Source: an uncultured Leptospirales bacterium | Lineage (GTDB): Bacteria; Spirochaetota; UBA4802; UBA5550 | Length of the DNA: 35,894 nt | NCBI GenBank assembly: GCA_964585555.1 | Contig: CAZPEK010000001.1 | Coordinates: 1-35,894 of the forward strand | Direction of reading: 5' to 3' | In this document: one piece after another, positions 34,024-35,894 of the stretch | Layout: each line of letters starts with the position of its first letter | How positions within the stretch are numbered: position 1 is the stretch's first letter | Position numbers and translations under genes: made by a program | Notes under the pieces: generated by a model | Database searches by the model: none | What the model saw: only the letters and a program-made list of their open reading frames with translations | What the model was told of the DNA's origin: nothing

Positions 34024-34302
34024 TTATAGTTTTACGTCACAGTTCTTCCAGCCCCAATGGGAATTTGAAGGAGTACTTGCTGAGCTGCATTTTTTCTTAA
34101 ACCACTGCTTTGCTTTTTCTTTAGTGCTGGAACTGTTGCAATCAGATGCGCATACAACTGCTTTAATGTTTGCGTTTCCGCCACAGACCATATTAAAGTG
34201 GCACTTTGAACCGGCACACACTTCGCTGTCAGTTGAATTGATCAGGAGAAATGCTCCCATAATAAGAATTAGAACTGAAAGAATTATTACTGGTTTTTTC
34301 AT
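34024..34302 (-). CDS. Small secreted Cys-rich protein (92 aa), unknown function
   Basis: Strong RBS GGAGGG 7 nt upstream of the ATG. Signal/anchor MKKPVIILSVLILIMGAFLLINS. The mature ~65 aa has 7 Cys and is K/S-rich, ending HWGWKNCDVKL. The terminator is immediately downstream. Confidence 0.7.
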   Translation of the reverse strand: MKKPVIILSVLILIMGAFLLINSTDSEVCAGSKCHFNMVCGGNANIKAVVCASDCNSSSTKEKAKQWFKKKCSSASTPSNSHWGWKNCDVKL

Positions 34303-34873
34303 GAAAAAGCCCTCCAGAATTTATTTAAAATTATAGTCTTTATATGGTTATTGTTTGGTGTCAATATTTTAACTTAATTTTAAATAGTTTATTATTGAAA
34401 AGAAATTGGATAACAGCTTTATCCGGAATTTATATTTCTTCTTGAGGCATTATTATGGAAATTGCTTTATTACTAATTCCGGCTGAAGGGGTTTTCTTCC
34501 ATTAAAATTTAGTTTTATAAGGCTGGATCCTCGCCTTGATGCTATATGTGAAACCCGGTATTGCTGAGTCAGATTCTCGTATTATCAAAATCATCATTTT
34601 GTCGGGTTTTGCTTCGGCAACCTATGGGTTCGGCGCTGTGGCCATGGCAATAATTTTAAATGGCTTTAACAGGCTGAATTTTTAAAGATTTTCCCCTGAA
34701 GAGGTCACTCAAGATCATTTAATTGTTGATGAGGCTGGAAGTATCAGTTAAAATAAGAGAAAGCTGTTTTTTTTTGAAGTAAATGATACAGTGATACAGA
34801 AAGCAGGATCTGATTTTCTAAAGTAAAACAGATAAAAATGCAATAATTACTAATATACAAGGATGTATTTTCT

Positions 34874-35894
34874 ATGGAATACCTGATTAATCATGTTAAT
34901 ATATATATGCTCCCACCAACATTATCACTTGTTATCGGAATTGTAATCGCTTCTCTTTCCCTGATAAAAGGAAAGTTAAAAAAGGAAAACATTTTATTTG
35001 CTTTAGTGGTAACCTGGATAAATTTTTTGCCTCCAGTTTTCATTCTTCATCACCTGCTCTGGGGACAGGTGGATTTAGTTTTAAAAATTGAAAGAATAGT
35101 TCACTTTTTCTATGTATATCTGCCCTTTATTCTTTTCTTCTATGTTCACAATGTATATATCCGGATCAGGAAAACAGTAATTTTTTCTTTTTTTCTTAGT
35201 ATGTTTTTGTCTTTTACGACATGCACAGATTATTATTTTACAGGTTTGTATACCTATAACTGGGGATATATTGCAAAGGGTGGGCCTGCTTTAGATATTT
35301 TTGGTGCCTATGTGATGTTTTCACTTATATATTCTCTCTTTATGTTTGTAAAGTTATATAAAAATGAGACTGACACCACGATTAAAATAAAAATACGGTA
35401 TATAATATTTTCTATTTTCATGATTGGTGTTCTGACCCTGTGTAATGTGCCGGCAATGAATGGGATTGATTTTTATCCCCTGGGAAATTTAATGTTTATC
35501 CCTTTGATGATTCTTGCCTATGGAGTATTAAAACATCGTATTATGGATGTGAAGAGTATCCTTCATGTGACATTGATATGGGCTGTCACATCATCTCTTA
35601 TAATAATCCCCAATATAATTATATATTTTTTCCTTAAACCTTATTTATCATTAATGACTCATGTGGGATTCTTCACCGTATTATTAATCTGGTTTCTTCT
35701 CAATCATATTTATATTAATAAGAATCAGCCTAAAATTGATCAGCTTTTTAATAAGCATAAATTTAATTTACACACTGTTGAAACAGCCTTCATTGATAAT
35801 ATTTCAATTTTACAAAATCTTAAAGGTACAATAGAAGAATTTCTGGAAGTAATTACAAAAACACTCGGATTTTCCAGAGCGCAGCTAGTTCTTC
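34874..35894 (+). CDS. Polytopic membrane sensor protein, N-terminal part (3'-truncated by the window edge); probably the input module of a signal-transduction protein
   Basis: I translated this by hand. It is an ATG-initiated frame with no stop for 340 codons to the window end, and it is absent from the supplied ORF track. It has about 8-9 hydrophobic helices (…LSLVIGIVIASLSL…, …MFIPLMILAYGVLKHRIMDV…), then a soluble region beginning …LEVITKTLGFSRAQLVL, which may be the start of a GAF-like domain. Confidence 0.7.
   Translation, partial: MEYLINHVNIYMLPPTLSLVIGIVIASLSLIKGKLKKENILFALVVTWINFLPPVFILHHLLWGQVDLVLKIERIVHFFYVYLPFILFFYVHNVYIRIRKTVIFSFFLSMFLSFTTCTDYYFTGLYTYNWGYIAKGGPALDIFGAYVMFSLIYSLFMFVKLYKNETDTTIKIKIRYIIFSIFMIGVLTLCNVPAMNGIDFYPLGNLMFIPLMILAYGVLKHRIMDVKSILHVTLIWAVTSSLIIIPNIIIYFFLKPYLSLMTHVGFFTVLLIWFLLNHIYINKNQPKIDQLFNKHKFNLHTVETAFIDNISILQNLKGTIEEFLEVITKTLGFSRAQLVL

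Noticed and set aside
1-35894. Window-wide visual search for CRISPR arrays, IS or transposase genes, integrases, tRNA/rRNA genes, toxin-antitoxin pairs and known defence-system genes.
   Set aside because: I found none. There are no regularly spaced repeats, no T-loop/GTTCRANNC tRNA signatures and no DDE, tyrosine-recombinase or serine-recombinase motifs. The DinG-like helicase sits in a repair context rather than a defence context. tRNAscan, Infernal and defence-finder scans would be the formal check.

Overview
This 35.9-kb window looks like ordinary bacterial chromosome, densely coded on both strands. I saw no rRNA, tRNA, CRISPR array, transposase or integrase.

The gene content suggests a spirochaete, but that is inference only. 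The supporting signs are a membrane-anchored giant coiled-coil protein, loose lipoboxes, a polytopic MCP and membrane-embedded AraC and 7TM sensor proteins.

Recognisable housekeeping genes:
- A DNA-repair group: sbcC (5'-truncated by the window edge), xth and a DinG-like Fe-S helicase.
- Purine genes purM, purE and guaA.
- rplM-rpsI.
- A mannose-1-phosphate guanylyltransferase.
- An enoyl-CoA hydratase.
- An MMPL/RND exporter.

The rest encodes signalling proteins (a REC-PAS-PAS-RsbW-like ATPase, an MCP, a membrane AraC regulator, a polytopic sensor open at the 3' window edge), hydrolases and several proteins of unknown function.

The best candidate for an undescribed system is the divergent cluster at 22.1-27.2 kb. 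It reads DUF4213/DUF364, DUF1846 (UPF0371) and a THEP1/DUF2478-like P-loop NTPase on the minus strand. On the plus strand it reads an internally shortened molybdopterin-dinucleotide-binding stub, a 7-TM protein and an FmdE-like zinc-ribbon protein. The two arms share a control region carrying an 11-bp perfect inverted repeat.

Other points worth a second look:
- A 451-aa Cys/Lys-rich secreted protein that appears to have three modules.
- A 92-aa Cys-rich secreted peptide.
- Two near-identical palindromic terminators bracketing the MCP gene.
- A PC4-like ssDNA-binding protein in an operon with an SGNH-like protein whose catalytic motifs look substituted.

All family assignments come from motif recognition by eye. 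None has been confirmed by a database search.
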